Assembly: GCA_965112155.1 (NCBI GenBank)
Contig: OZ218105.1
Strand: one strand, 5' to 3'
Origin: Podarcis liolepis
Taxonomy: Eukaryota
DNA length: 64,000 bases
Shown: one piece after another, positions 63,686-64,000 of the stretch
How positions within the stretch are numbered: the stretch's first letter is position 1
Layout: each line of letters opens with the position of its first letter
Translations under genes and position numbers: made by a program
The notes under the pieces: model-generated
Database searches by the model: none
Seen by the model: the letters and a program-made list of their open reading frames with translations, nothing else
Told to the model about the DNA's origin: nothing

Positions 63686-64000
63686 CAGTGGTGCCTCGCA
63701 AGACGAAAAGAATCCGTTCTGTGATTCTCTTCGTCTAGCGGTTTTTTTGTCTTGCGAAGCAAGCCCATTAGCGGATTAGCGCTATTAGTGCTAATAACGG
63801 CTTTTAGCGGCTTATCTGCTGATCGGATCAGCTGATAAGCGGCTTAGCGGCTTAGCAAAAGGGGGGGGGGGAGAAAAAAAAACCTGCAGGAACTCGCAAG
63901 GCATTGTCGTCTTGCGAAGCAAGCCCATAGGAAATTCGTTTTGCGAAGCACCTCCAAAACGGAAAACTCTTTCGTCTAGCGAGTTTTCCGTCTTGCGAGG
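63686..64000. mobile_element. Tigger/pogo-like MITE, inverted twin of 61221-61546 (runs off the window)
   Basis: Reverse-complement match along its whole length. Confidence 0.88.

Overview
Vertebrate nuclear DNA, most likely a lacertid lizard (Sauria/POM-type SINEs, BovB-like RTE, squamate-type MITEs). Left part: ALOX5 exons 3-14 on + (1094-26363, all GT-AG, frame continuous, iron ligands intact), tail-to-tail with the last coding exon of MARCHF8 on - (36041-36345). A 200-N gap (38873-39072) follows. Right part: SNX5 coding exons 1-9 on - (56908 down to 39998) and MGME1 coding exons on + (58993-63507), sharing a CpG-island bidirectional promoter. MARCHF8 and SNX5 are both incomplete towards the gap. 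The most unusual object is a very young 3.76 kb Copia-type LTR element in ALOX5 intron 9 (13795-17553). It has near-identical 385-bp LTRs, a 5-bp TSD and one intact 936-aa Gag-PR-IN ORF, but no RT/RNase H and an integrase lacking its catalytic Glu. This points to a trans-mobilised non-autonomous element that may still encode its own particle proteins. Other points of interest: a 643-bp 5'+3'-end L1-like mini-element with a 17-bp TSD, two hAT MITEs stacked at one 8-bp target, and inverted MITE twins bracketing MGME1 exons. Gene names, family assignments and human residue numbers come from my recall of known sequences, not from database searches.
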